Under the pieces are notes generated by a model, which saw nothing but the letters and a program-made list of their open reading frames with translations, searched no databases and was not told the DNA's origin. Shown piece by piece: positions 54,162 to 63,795 of a stretch of 64,000 bases of DNA (the stretch's first letter is position 1; every line of letters begins with the position of its first letter). The stretch is from Alistipes sp. CAG:831 (GTDB taxonomy: Bacteria > Bacteroidota > Bacteroidia > Bacteroidales > UBA932): contig HF990416.1 of NCBI GenBank assembly GCA_000432775.1, positions 44,683 through 108,682 of the forward strand, read 5' to 3'. A program made the position numbers and the translations under genes.

Positions 54162-54728
54162 ATGGCAGTTAAAATCCGTTTGGCACGCCACGGCAAGAAG
54201 AACCACGCTTTCTTCCACATCGTAGTAACCGACATCCGCTCACCCCGTGACGGACGCTACATCGAGCAGCTCGGCATCTACAACCCCAACACCAACCCCG
54301 CAACCATCAAGATTGACTCCGAGAGAGCCCTCTACTGGCTCGGCACAGGCGCTCAGCCTTCTGACACCTGCCGCCGCATCCTCTCATACGAGGGTATCCT
54401 TCTGAGGAAACATCTCAACGGCGGTGTTGCAAAGGGCGCTATCACCCAGGAAGTAGCCGACCAGAGATGGAACGCATGGAAAGCTGAGAGAGACGCCAAG
54501 ATCGAGTCCAAGAAGCAGAACCTCAAGAAGACTGACAATGAGACCCGCCGCGAGCTCCTCAACGCCGAGGCTAAGGTAAACCAGGAGAGAGCAGAGGCCA
54601 TCAGCAAGCGCAAAGCTGAAGAGGCAGCCGCAAAGGCAGAGGCTGAAGCCAAGGCAAAAGCCGAGGCTGAGGCTGCAGAGGCTGCTGCAAACGCTGAGGC
54701 CGCAGAGGCCGCTCCTGCAGCAGAGTAA
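54162..54728 (+). CDS. rpsP: 30S ribosomal protein S16 with Ala/Glu/Lys-rich C-terminal extension
   Basis: [42 protein letters not shown]. The C-terminal tail is [28 protein letters not shown]. Confidence 0.9.
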   Translation: MAVKIRLARHGKKNHAFFHIVVTDIRSPRDGRYIEQLGIYNPNTNPATIKIDSERALYWLGTGAQPSDTCRRILSYEGILLRKHLNGGVAKGAITQEVADQRWNAWKAERDAKIESKKQNLKKTDNETRRELLNAEAKVNQERAEAISKRKAEEAAAKAEAEAKAKAEAEAAEAAANAEAAEAAPAAE

Positions 54729-54735
54729 AGCGACA

Positions 54736-55272
54736 ATGCTTCCCGCGGAAGACACATTGCTGCCCGTCGGCAGGATCGTCAAGTCCTACGGCACTGAGGG
54801 AGAGGTGATGATCGCCTTCCAGGAGGGCATTGCAGACTTGCTCAAGAGAGATGAACCGGTATGGCTGTTCTATGACGGCCTGCCGGTTCCTTTTTATATC
54901 ACTTCGATCCAGCCGAAAGGCCCCCGCAAGGCTGTCGTCCGCTTGGAAGATATCGACACCCTCGCGGATGCGGAGGAAGCCGCCGGCAAGGATATCCGGC
55001 TCGACCCGGCCGATTATCCGGAACTCTCCGGCACTGACGCACATACCATCACCGAGGACGGACTCACTCTCGAGGACCTCATCGGATTCAGCCTGCAGGA
55101 CCAGGACGGCCGCAGGGCAGGCACCATCGGGGACATCCAGGACTTCTCCGGCAACATCTGTCTGGAACTCTGCGGCTCCGGAGCCCTCATCCCCTTCCAC
55201 GACGACCTTATCATCGACATCGATATCGAAAAAAAGACCCTCACCATGTCCATCAGTGAAGGTCTGCTGTAA
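54736..55272 (+). CDS. rimM: Ribosome maturation factor RimM
   Basis: LPVGRIVKSYGTEGEVMIAF N-terminal RimM motif, PRC barrel C-terminus. Confidence 0.85.
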   Translation: MLPAEDTLLPVGRIVKSYGTEGEVMIAFQEGIADLLKRDEPVWLFYDGLPVPFYITSIQPKGPRKAVVRLEDIDTLADAEEAAGKDIRLDPADYPELSGTDAHTITEDGLTLEDLIGFSLQDQDGRRAGTIGDIQDFSGNICLELCGSGALIPFHDDLIIDIDIEKKTLTMSISEGLL

Positions 55273-55339
55273 TCCTATTCGCGTTTCCTGGAAGTACAGA
55301 TACTCTGAAAAGTACGCGCCTACGGCGCTATCCCTCCCA

Positions 55340-55398
55340 CCGTGAGTATCATCTCGTTACTTCGTAACGCGGTGATACTCATGGCGGGCCCCTCCCGC
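55340..55398 (+). terminator. Compound hairpin structures 3' of rimM (nested 12-bp and 5-bp stems, followed by a GC hairpin)
   Basis: CCGTGAGTATCA...TGATACTCATGG with inner GTTAC-TTC-GTAAC, then GCGGG-CCCCT-CCCGC. No clean T-run. Confidence 0.4.
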
Positions 55399-55411
55399 TA
55401 ACAGGCCGCGG

Positions 55412-56506
55412 GTGGCATGCTTGGCAGATCAGCGCCTGCTTCTGCCGCAGAACCGGGAGCTGGCGGAGCGTCTGGCCGAGGAGAGCATTGTCCTGCTGAA
55501 AAATGAGGGAGGCCTCCTTCCCCTTCAGGGACAGCGCACGATAGCGGTGCTCGGGCCGATAGTGGATGCGCCGGGAGAGCTTCTGGGCAGCTGGAGCGGG
55601 CACGGACGGGGAGAGGAGGTGTATCCCGTGCGGGATGCCCTGACAGAGGAATTCGGGGGAACGTCGCAGGTGATTTTCCACGCGGGCTGCCCCTTCGACG
55701 GGGATGACCGGAGCGGCTTCGCCTCCGCCCTTGAAACGGCCCGGGAGGCGGATGTGGTGGTGCTCTTCATGGGCGAGCGGCGCGGATGGAGCGGGGAGAA
55801 TGCCTCGCGCTCCTGCATTGAACTGCCGGAGATTCAGGAGGAATTTATCATGGAAATGCAGAAGGCCGGGAAGCCGATGGTGCTGGTGCTGTCGAGCGGA
55901 CGGCCCTTGGCGCTGCAGCGGGTGGAGCCTCTTTGCGACGCCATCGTGGAGATGTGGCAGCCGGGTGTGCCTGGAGGACGTCCTGTGGCCGGGGTATTGT
56001 CCGGAAGGGTCAACCCTTCGGGTAAGCTGAGCGTCACTTTCCCGCGCACTACCGGGCAGATACCGGTGTATTACAACCGGCGTCAGAGCTCGCGTCCCCG
56101 GCAGGGACTGTATCAGGACATTCCGTCTACGCCCCTGTATGAGTTCGGACACGGTCTGAGCTATACGTCTTTCGAATATGGGGACCTGAAACTTTCCCGC
56201 GAGTCGGTAACCGGGGGAGAGACCCTGACCGCCGAGATATCCGTGACCAATACCGGAGAGCGGGACGGAGCCGAGACCGTGCACTGGTTCATTTCCGACC
56301 CTGCATGCCGGATTACCCGTCCGCTCCGCGAGCTGAAGCATTTCGAGAAGCAGGTGATACCGGCGGGAGAGACCCGCGTCTTCCGCTTCGGGATCGACCC
56401 GGCGCGGGACCTGAGCTTCGTCGACAGTGACGGCAACCGCTTCCTGGAGCCAGGGGATTACTACATCATGGTCAAGGACCGCAAGGTGCGTCTGCAGGTT
56501 TATTGA
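55412..56506 (+). pseudogene. N-terminally truncated glycoside hydrolase family 3 (BglX-like) remnant: GH3 C-terminal domain plus Fn3-like domain only
   Basis: The translation matches GH3 from roughly residue 390 onward (LLKNEGGLLPL...AVLGP; KPMVLVLSSGRPL; PSGKLSVTFP; fibronectin-like C-terminus). The ~390-aa catalytic N-domain is absent. The ORF begins with GTG only 139 nt after rimM. Confidence 0.6.
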
Positions 56507-57603
56507 AACTTCCGCAGGATCAGTCTGTAATGGGCTTCCGGCTCATCCGGAAGGAAGGTGGATATCAGCCAGCCGTCCCGGTAGTCGAGGATGCCGCTCA
56601 TGCAATCCTCTGAACTGTCTGAATTGCTCCAGTAGACAGTCTCAGTGTCCAGATCGGCCAGAAAATACGGGTATTCCCCCTTTCTCATAGCCTGTCCGAG
56701 GATGTAGCGGTCTGTGACAGTGAATATCTTGTACAGATAGGAGCTGCTGCACAGGATTTCGATATAGCGGTCGTCATTGTCTCCAAGGCTGCTTATATCA
56801 TTGTGAGTGAGTGCATCCGGGCCGAAATCCACGCGGTAGTGGCGGAGAATCTCTCCTGTGCCGTCGTCTATCAGATAGATGTCCGGGTCGATGGGGTGAC
56901 AGTGCAGATATCCGTCCTGAGTCCGTATCAGGGACCCGTCCCCGAATGTGTAGACGTAGCCGGTGCGCTGGCTGTGGCTGTAGCGGAGCAGTTCTCTGCG
57001 GCCGTCATGGCGGAACATGGTGTCTGTCACGGCGATTTCTATCTGAGTGGAGTCCCATTGGGAGACATTGACCAGCACCTCGCCGTTTTCGAGAAACTCC
57101 ATGTTGTCTATGTCGTACGGCATCGGATAGGTGTCGATGTACTCGAGGCTGCTGCTGTAGTGGAGCATGTTGTCCATGCCGGCGTCATTGATCCACAGAC
57201 TTCCGTCCGGTGCCACCGCGAAATCGGATATCACGAAATACTCTCCAGGTCCGCGTCCCTGCCTGCCGATTTTCTGCATCAGCCTTCCGTCGCTGTCGAA
57301 AGCGAGCATCTGCCATTTCCTCGGTCCTTGGTTGTCAAGCACGTATATGCGGTCTGCCGTGAATTTTACCCGTTCAGGGTATACCGGTACAGTCAGGTCT
57401 TCTCCTGCCGAAAGTTCTATTACTCTGATTTCCTGTGCCATGCTGTCCAGCATTCTGTCCGTCAGCATTCCCCCGTCCTCGTACCCGTACAGGTCGACAA
57501 TCTCAATTCCGTTGTCTTTCCCTCCGCATCCGCTGAGAAAAAGCATGCCTGCGGTGAGGAAGATGGCCGCGGCTGTCTTCAATAAACTGTATTGATGTCT
57601 CAT
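56500..57603 (-). CDS. Lipoprotein, putative 6-bladed beta-propeller (NHL-like repeats, BF3164-like family)
   Basis: Lipobox FLSGCGG. Repeated GRGPGEY-type motifs. Confidence 0.5.
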   Translation of the reverse strand: MRHQYSLLKTAAAIFLTAGMLFLSGCGGKDNGIEIVDLYGYEDGGMLTDRMLDSMAQEIRVIELSAGEDLTVPVYPERVKFTADRIYVLDNQGPRKWQMLAFDSDGRLMQKIGRQGRGPGEYFVISDFAVAPDGSLWINDAGMDNMLHYSSSLEYIDTYPMPYDIDNMEFLENGEVLVNVSQWDSTQIEIAVTDTMFRHDGRRELLRYSHSQRTGYVYTFGDGSLIRTQDGYLHCHPIDPDIYLIDDGTGEILRHYRVDFGPDALTHNDISSLGDNDDRYIEILCSSSYLYKIFTVTDRYILGQAMRKGEYPYFLADLDTETVYWSNSDSSEDCMSGILDYRDGWLISTFLPDEPEAHYRLILRKFQ

Positions 57604-57608
57604 AGGCG

Positions 57609-57639
57609 TTTGTATTTCTGTTCAAATATAGTAAATTTG
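57609..57639 (+). promoter_or_regulatory. Bacteroidetes-type promoter for rnr (-33 TTTG, -7 TAAATTTG)
   Basis: TTTG at 57609, TAAATTTG at 57632, 19-nt spacer, ATG at 57663. Confidence 0.5.
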
Positions 57640-57662
57640 TCGCAGATAACAGAATAGCGTAT

Positions 57663-59972
57663 ATGACAAGAAAGAAACGACCCTCTTCCCGGCCGCGCGG
57701 CAAAGGCGGGAAGAATCAGACGCCTGACCAGAAGGCAATGCAGAAAGAATTGAATCTCAAGAGAAAAGAACGCTCAGGTGGAAAGAAGAAATCAAAGGGC
57801 AAGAAAGAACATTTCAACAAGGAGGAACTGACCGGTACGGTGAGCATGACCCGGGAGGGCTATGGTTTCGTGGAAGTGCCGGACAGGGATACCGATATAT
57901 TCGTGCCTCAGCACAAGATGAGGGGGGCGCTAAACGGAGATATTGTCAAGGTACTTACCACCAAGGCCAAGGGTGTCGGCAAGGACGGCAAGCCCAAGCG
58001 CATCGAGGGTGAGGTGATTACTGTCCTCGAGCGTTCCTCCAAGCCTCATATCGGGGTGTTGCAGATATCCCGCGGCGAGGCCTGGCTGATCATGGAGAGC
58101 CGCAACATGCCTTACGACATCAGCATACCGCTGAAAGAAATAGACAGGTGCTTCGGAGAAGACGGACAGCGGACCTGGAAGCCGGGCGATGTGTCCGGTC
58201 TGAAGGCAGCTGTCATAGTGACCGACTGGCCCCGCAAGGCTTCTGCTCCTACGGGCCGTATCGTGGATGTACTGGGTGAGCCCGGTGCCAATGACACCGA
58301 GATGCACGCCATTCTCGCCGAATACGGTCTGCCCTACCGTTTCGAGCCCGAGGTGGAGGCTGCAGCCGAGGCCGTGCCCGACAGGATAACTCCGAAGGAT
58401 ATATCCGAGCGCAGGGATTTCCGGAAGGTGACCACTTTCACCATCGACCCTGCCGATGCCAAGGACTTCGATGACGCTCTGTCGTACCGCGAGCTCGGTG
58501 ACGGAAACATTGAGGTGGGAGTGCATATCGCCGATGTAACACATTACGTTACTCCCGGCTCGGTTATCGACAAGTGCGCTTACGAGCGCGGAACGTCCGT
58601 CTACCTGGTGGACCGTACCGTGCCCATGCTTCCTGAGAAACTCTCGAACAATCTTTGCTCCCTTCGCCCCGGAGAGGAAAAGCTCTGCTTCTCAGCTGTA
58701 TTTGACATAGCACCTACGGGAACGGTCAAGAAGACCTGGCTGGGCCGCACCGTCATCAAGTCCGACTACCGTTTCAACTACGACGAGGCCCAGGCCATAA
58801 TAGAGACCGGACAGGGTCCTCTCGCCAAGGAGATACAGACCCTGCACAAGATCGCCTCTGTCCTCAGGAAGAAGCGTTTCACGGCTGGAGCCATCGCCTT
58901 CGAGCGTCCCGAGATGAAGGTCGAGGTGGATGAGACCGGCAAGCCGATAAGGGTCTATGAGAAGATATCGAAGGAGGCCAACTGGCTCATCGAGGAGTTC
59001 ATGCTGCTGGCCAACCGTGCCGTGGCCGAGTATGTGGGCAAGGTGCCCAAGACGAAGAAGGCCAAGACCTTCGTTTACCGTGTCCACGAGGATCCCAACG
59101 AGGAGAAGCTCGGAGTACTCCGCAAGTTTGTCCGTCTCTTCGGCTACGACTTCCCGATGGAGCCGGGAGCGATGGAGGACGGTCAGAAAAAAGAGGAGCC
59201 CAAGCGGTTCCCCGAAGGTGTGAAGGTAAAGGAGATAAAAGGCAAGAATGTGGCCCAGCGTATCAACAACCTGCTCGGCACCGTCAAGGGCCGTCCTGAA
59301 GAGGAGGCTGTGGTGATGATGGCCCTGCGCTCCATGGCCCGTGCCCATTACACAACCGACAATGTTGGCCATTACGGACTGGCATTCAAATACTACACCC
59401 ACTTCACCTCACCTATCAGACGATATCCAGACATGATGGTGCACCGCCTGCTGGCCATGTATCTGGCCGGAGTCGAGTCCCAGAATAAGGAATACTACGA
59501 GACCTGCTGCCAGTACGCATCCCAGCGCGAGCAGATAGCCACCGAGGCCGAGCGTTCCAGCATCAAGTACAAGCTCTGCGAGTACATGCAGGACAAGGTC
59601 GGCCAGATATTCCCCGGAACTGTCTCCGGCCTGACCGAGTGGGGTCTGTATGTGGAGACCGAGCCGGACAAGGTGGAGGGTATGGTGCCTGTCAGGGACA
59701 TTCCCGGAGACTTCTACCAGTTCGACGAGGAGACCTACTCCATCGTCGGCCGTTCCCGCGGACGCCGTTTCACCATGGGTGACAAGGTCTGGATCCGGGT
59801 GGTCCGTGCCTCATTGGAGCAGAAGATCATCGATTATGAATTAGTTGAAATGGAAGACGATAAAGGTCTGATCCAAAGCGATGAACCACAGTCAGTTTCC
59901 CAGCAGCCAGCAGCAGAGCAGCCGGCCCCTGCAAAGCCGGCGTCCCGTAGAACCCGTAAGCGCAGCAAGTAA
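57663..59972 (+). CDS. rnr: Ribonuclease R with basic N-terminal extension
   Basis: Cold-shock/OB N-domains, RNB catalytic domain, C-terminal S1 domain and a lysine/arginine-rich tail. Confidence 0.9.
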   Translation: MTRKKRPSSRPRGKGGKNQTPDQKAMQKELNLKRKERSGGKKKSKGKKEHFNKEELTGTVSMTREGYGFVEVPDRDTDIFVPQHKMRGALNGDIVKVLTTKAKGVGKDGKPKRIEGEVITVLERSSKPHIGVLQISRGEAWLIMESRNMPYDISIPLKEIDRCFGEDGQRTWKPGDVSGLKAAVIVTDWPRKASAPTGRIVDVLGEPGANDTEMHAILAEYGLPYRFEPEVEAAAEAVPDRITPKDISERRDFRKVTTFTIDPADAKDFDDALSYRELGDGNIEVGVHIADVTHYVTPGSVIDKCAYERGTSVYLVDRTVPMLPEKLSNNLCSLRPGEEKLCFSAVFDIAPTGTVKKTWLGRTVIKSDYRFNYDEAQAIIETGQGPLAKEIQTLHKIASVLRKKRFTAGAIAFERPEMKVEVDETGKPIRVYEKISKEANWLIEEFMLLANRAVAEYVGKVPKTKKAKTFVYRVHEDPNEEKLGVLRKFVRLFGYDFPMEPGAMEDGQKKEEPKRFPEGVKVKEIKGKNVAQRINNLLGTVKGRPEEEAVVMMALRSMARAHYTTDNVGHYGLAFKYYTHFTSPIRRYPDMMVHRLLAMYLAGVESQNKEYYETCCQYASQREQIATEAERSSIKYKLCEYMQDKVGQIFPGTVSGLTEWGLYVETEPDKVEGMVPVRDIPGDFYQFDEETYSIVGRSRGRRFTMGDKVWIRVVRASLEQKIIDYELVEMEDDKGLIQSDEPQSVSQQPAAEQPAPAKPASRRTRKRSK

Positions 59973-60882
59973 GGCCGGATCGCAGACATCCGGCATCATC
60001 CTCGCTGCAGTCTCTTCACTGACATTCGGCTTCGTTCCCTTTTTTTCCGTCACCCTCATGGACGCGGGCTTCTCGCCTTTCGAGGTGCTCGCCTACCGCT
60101 GGGGTGTGGCCACTCTCATCCTGCTGGCCGTGGGCATACTCATGCACAAGTCCTTCCGCATACCGAAAGGTGCCTGGCTGCCGCTGCTTGCCGTCAGTTT
60201 TTTCTGTGCCCTTACAGCCATCAGCCTGCTGATAGCCTACAGGAACATAGCCAGCGGGGTTGCCTCGACGATACATTTCATGTATCCGCTCTTCGTGGCT
60301 GCCGTCATGATGACGGTCTTCCGCGAGCCCCGCTCATGGATCAAAATCGGTGCCATCATCCTATCCCTGATCGGGGCCGGACTTTTAGCCGGAGGGGACA
60401 TACGGCTTGAAGGGGGCAATGTCACGGCAGGTGTCCTGTGGGCAGCCCTTTCCGTCATTTCCTACGGCACCTATATCGTGGGTGTGCGCAAGACCAAGGT
60501 CCAGGAGATGCCGTCCCTGCCGCTTACCGTCTATGTGATGGGGTTCGGGGCAGTGAGTTTCACCGTCCTCGGCATGATATTCGGCGGAGTCCGCCTGGTG
60601 CCCCTCTCCGACGGCTTCCTCTGGGCCAATATCCTCGGTATCGCCCTGCTCGGCACCGCAGTCTCCAACATTACCCTCGTGGCAGCCATCAAGCGTATCG
60701 GTCCGACCCTCAGTGCCATCCTCGGAGCCCTCGAACCCCTCACCGCAGTAGTCATCGGTGTCCTTGCCCTCTCCGAGGCATTTACCCTCCGCACAGCCGC
60801 CGGCATCATCCTGATCATCATAGCCGTCACCGCCGTAGTCCTCTCCGAAGGCCGGCATACAAGAAGTAGATATTTTCAGTAG
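59881..60882 (+). CDS. EamA/DMT-superfamily transporter (10 TM); start uncertain
   Basis: Two EamA repeats. The only in-frame canonical start (ATG at 59881) overlaps the rnr 3' end by 92 nt. TM1 begins at GIILAAVSSL, just after the rnr stop. Confidence 0.65.
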   Translation: MNHSQFPSSQQQSSRPLQSRRPVEPVSAASKAGSQTSGIILAAVSSLTFGFVPFFSVTLMDAGFSPFEVLAYRWGVATLILLAVGILMHKSFRIPKGAWLPLLAVSFFCALTAISLLIAYRNIASGVASTIHFMYPLFVAAVMMTVFREPRSWIKIGAIILSLIGAGLLAGGDIRLEGGNVTAGVLWAALSVISYGTYIVGVRKTKVQEMPSLPLTVYVMGFGAVSFTVLGMIFGGVRLVPLSDGFLWANILGIALLGTAVSNITLVAAIKRIGPTLSAILGALEPLTAVVIGVLALSEAFTLRTAAGIILIIIAVTAVVLSEGRHTRSRYFQ

Positions 60883-60909
60883 TTTTGTGCAAAGAAAAAA
60901 AGGAATACA

Positions 60910-61521
60910 ATGGAAATAGTTTTTGCAACGGGCAACCGCCACAAGGTGGAGGAGGCCGCACAGATTTTAGGTCCGGAGTTCCGTCTGAGGACTCCGGCGG
61001 AATTGGGTATAACGGAGGATATTCCGGAGACATCGGATACGTTGGAGGGCAATGCGCTCCAGAAAGCGGAATATGTCTTCAGACGCACGGGAATGCCCTG
61101 CTTCTCGGATGATACGGGACTGTTCGTGGACGCTCTAGGCGGGGCTCCCGGGGTGCTCTCGGCCCGCTATGCCGGTCCGGGGAAGAAGGCTGAGGACAAT
61201 GTCCGCAAGCTCCTCTTCGAATTGAAGGACGTACCCGCAGAAGAGGAAGGCCGCAGGTTGCGTACCGCCCGTTTCCGCTGCGTGGTGGCCTATGTCAGCG
61301 GCAGCGGGGAGAAGGTGTTCGAGGGTAGGGTGGAAGGGGAGATAGCCGCAGCCCCATCCGGTAAGGACGGCTTCGGCTATGACCCGGTATTCCTTCCGGA
61401 AAAATACGGCCTGGAGAAGACTTTCGCCGAGCTTACGCATGAGCAGAAGAACGCGATATCCCACCGGGGCGATGCCATGAGGAAGTTCGCGGAGTGGATG
61501 CGGACGCAGGTAAACCGATGA
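60910..61521 (+). CDS. rdgB: Non-canonical purine NTP pyrophosphatase (RdgB/HAM1 family)
   Basis: MEIVFATGNRHKVEEA...FGYDPVF...SHRG motifs. Confidence 0.85.
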   Translation: MEIVFATGNRHKVEEAAQILGPEFRLRTPAELGITEDIPETSDTLEGNALQKAEYVFRRTGMPCFSDDTGLFVDALGGAPGVLSARYAGPGKKAEDNVRKLLFELKDVPAEEEGRRLRTARFRCVVAYVSGSGEKVFEGRVEGEIAAAPSGKDGFGYDPVFLPEKYGLEKTFAELTHEQKNAISHRGDAMRKFAEWMRTQVNR

Positions 61522-62195
61522 TGATAGTCCTTCATACCACGCGCTACGGCGACACCTCCCTGATAGTCCACGGCTATACCCGGGAGGAAGGCCGTATGAG
61601 CCTGATGCTGCGCGGGGCTTTCCGCACTTCAGGGAAACGGCGGCCCTCCCATCCCGGGGCTGTCCTGCTGCATCCGCTCAGTATTGTCAATTACGTAGCT
61701 TCCCGGAGCCCGAAAGCCGGAATGGCCTACCTGAGGGAATTTTCCCCTAAGTACCGCCTGCACTCGATAAGGGAGGATATCGGTAAGATTTCCATAGCCA
61801 TGTTCATCAGCGAGCTGCTATTCCGCACTCTCCTGCATTCCGAGCGGGACGAGGACCTGTACGATTTTCTGGAGGATGCCGTGCTGAGGCTGGAGGCGCT
61901 GGAGGGCAATGCCGCGAATTTCCACCTGTGGTTTCTGGACCGGTACGCCGCTTATCTGGGATTTCCCTTTGAGCGTGGTTTCAATCTGGATTACAATCCG
62001 TTCACACCGCAGCAGACAGGACGCCTGCAGACTCTGCACGAGGCGGCGTTCGAGGAGGCCATGACGCTGCCGATGACCGGAGCTGAGCGCAAGGATCTTG
62101 TCGAGGCCGTCCTGCGCTGGCTGGAGTACCACACAGGCTCCCGTATCGACCTGCGTTCGGTGGCCGTTCTGCACCAGATATCGAAAATCCGTTGA
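61518..62195 (+). CDS. recO: DNA repair protein RecO
   Basis: MMIVLHTTRYGDTSLIVHGYTREEGRMSL matches the RecO N-terminal OB-fold consensus. 4-nt overlap with the rdgB stop. Confidence 0.8.
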   Translation: MMIVLHTTRYGDTSLIVHGYTREEGRMSLMLRGAFRTSGKRRPSHPGAVLLHPLSIVNYVASRSPKAGMAYLREFSPKYRLHSIREDIGKISIAMFISELLFRTLLHSERDEDLYDFLEDAVLRLEALEGNAANFHLWFLDRYAAYLGFPFERGFNLDYNPFTPQQTGRLQTLHEAAFEEAMTLPMTGAERKDLVEAVLRWLEYHTGSRIDLRSVAVLHQISKIR

Positions 62196-62247
62196 CTTTT
62201 CCGGAATTCTCGTTAACTTCGCCTGCGTTTTAAAAGCACGGTAAGTC

Positions 62248-63795
62248 ATGTCACTAATCAACAAAACAGTGATGGCGGCGCTGAGTCCGCTGCTCAGAAG
62301 TTTCGACCGGGGTTGTGAGCATCCCGGGGCGGTGCAGGAGAATGTCTTCAGGGAGTTGCTGTCCGCAGGGTGTGAGACGGCTTTCGGCAAGGAGCACGGT
62401 TTCGGCCGGATCAAGGATTACGCGGACTACAGGCGTCTGGTGCCTGTCCGGGAATACAACGGCTTCGCCCCTTACATCGAGCGCCTGCGACGGGGAGAGA
62501 ACTACGTGTTGTGGAACCAGAAGGTCAAGTGGTTCGCCAAGTCCAGCGGCACCAGCTCCGACAAGAGCAAGTACATCCCGGTGACTCCGGCCAATCTGTC
62601 AGGCTGTCACTACCGCGGCTTCAAGACCATGCTCGCAGCCTATATCCGGCGCTATCCCGATTCGCGGCTCTTCAACGGCAAGGCTCTCACCCTCGGCGGC
62701 AGTGTCAAGGTGGACGAGCTCTCGGACGGCGGGGCCAGGAACGGGGACCTCTCGGCCATCCTGTTGAGCAACAGTCCGTCGGTGGCCGAGATTGTCCGTA
62801 CTCCGTCGCGGGACGTAGCCATGCTGCCGGATTTCAAGCAGAAGATAGAGGGAATCTGCCGGGTGTGCTCGAAACAGAACGTGACCAATTTCTCCGGCGT
62901 ACCGTCCTGGAACCTGATTATGATAGAACGGCTGCTGGAGTATAATCATGCTCAGTATCTGACGGATATATGGCCTAACCTCGAGCTTTTCATGCATGGG
63001 GGCATCAGTTTCGAACCTTACCGGGAGCAGTACCGCCGCCTCATCCCTTCGGACCGGATGCATTATCTGGAGAACTACAATGCCTCGGAAGGCTATTTCG
63101 CCCTGCAGGACGATCCGTCGCAGAAAGGCATGGCGCTGACCCTGGACAACGGGGTGTTCTTCGAGTTCATTCCGATGAAATCGCTGGAGAAGGTGCTGGC
63201 AGGGGAGTCGGAGGAGGTCTATACTGTGGATGAGGTGCGCACAGGAGTGACGTATGCCATGGTGATAACTACCGACAGCGGTCTTTGGCGGTATCTGATA
63301 GGGGACTGTGTGGAGTTTACCTCACTCTGTCCTCACCGGATTATCATTACCGGACGCACTCAGCTTTACATCAATGCATTCGGAGAGGAACTCATGATTC
63401 ATAATGCCGAGGAGGCTCTTTCGGAAGCCTGCCGGGTCTGCGGGGTGGAGGTGACCGACTATACGGTGGCTCCGGTATTCATGGACGGGGCTCATGCCAA
63501 GGGGGCGCATCAGTGGGTGGTGGAGTTCTCGGCAGGAAGTCAGGAGGCAGTGCGGGATCCTCGGAAGCTGGAACAGTTCAGGGATGAGCTGGACGCCGCT
63601 TTGTGCCGCCGCAACTCGGATTATGAGGCCAAGCGCAGCGGGGATGTGACGATGACGGTTCTGGAACTTACTCCCGTTCCGCCGGGGACATTTTACAGAT
63701 GGATGGAGGGACGCGGCAAGACCGGAGGGCAGAACAAGGTGCCGCGCCTGAGCAATGACCGCCGATTCGTCGATGGAATTCTCGGAATGGTATAA
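62248..63795 (+). CDS. GH3 (Gretchen Hagen 3, auxin-responsive promoter family PF03321) adenylate-forming enzyme homolog
   Basis: The WFAKSSGTSSDKSKYIP motif aligns with the GH3/JAR1 ATP-binding motif SSGTS. 515 aa. Confidence 0.75.
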   Translation: MSLINKTVMAALSPLLRSFDRGCEHPGAVQENVFRELLSAGCETAFGKEHGFGRIKDYADYRRLVPVREYNGFAPYIERLRRGENYVLWNQKVKWFAKSSGTSSDKSKYIPVTPANLSGCHYRGFKTMLAAYIRRYPDSRLFNGKALTLGGSVKVDELSDGGARNGDLSAILLSNSPSVAEIVRTPSRDVAMLPDFKQKIEGICRVCSKQNVTNFSGVPSWNLIMIERLLEYNHAQYLTDIWPNLELFMHGGISFEPYREQYRRLIPSDRMHYLENYNASEGYFALQDDPSQKGMALTLDNGVFFEFIPMKSLEKVLAGESEEVYTVDEVRTGVTYAMVITTDSGLWRYLIGDCVEFTSLCPHRIIITGRTQLYINAFGEELMIHNAEEALSEACRVCGVEVTDYTVAPVFMDGAHAKGAHQWVVEFSAGSQEAVRDPRKLEQFRDELDAALCRRNSDYEAKRSGDVTMTVLELTPVPPGTFYRWMEGRGKTGGQNKVPRLSNDRRFVDGILGMV

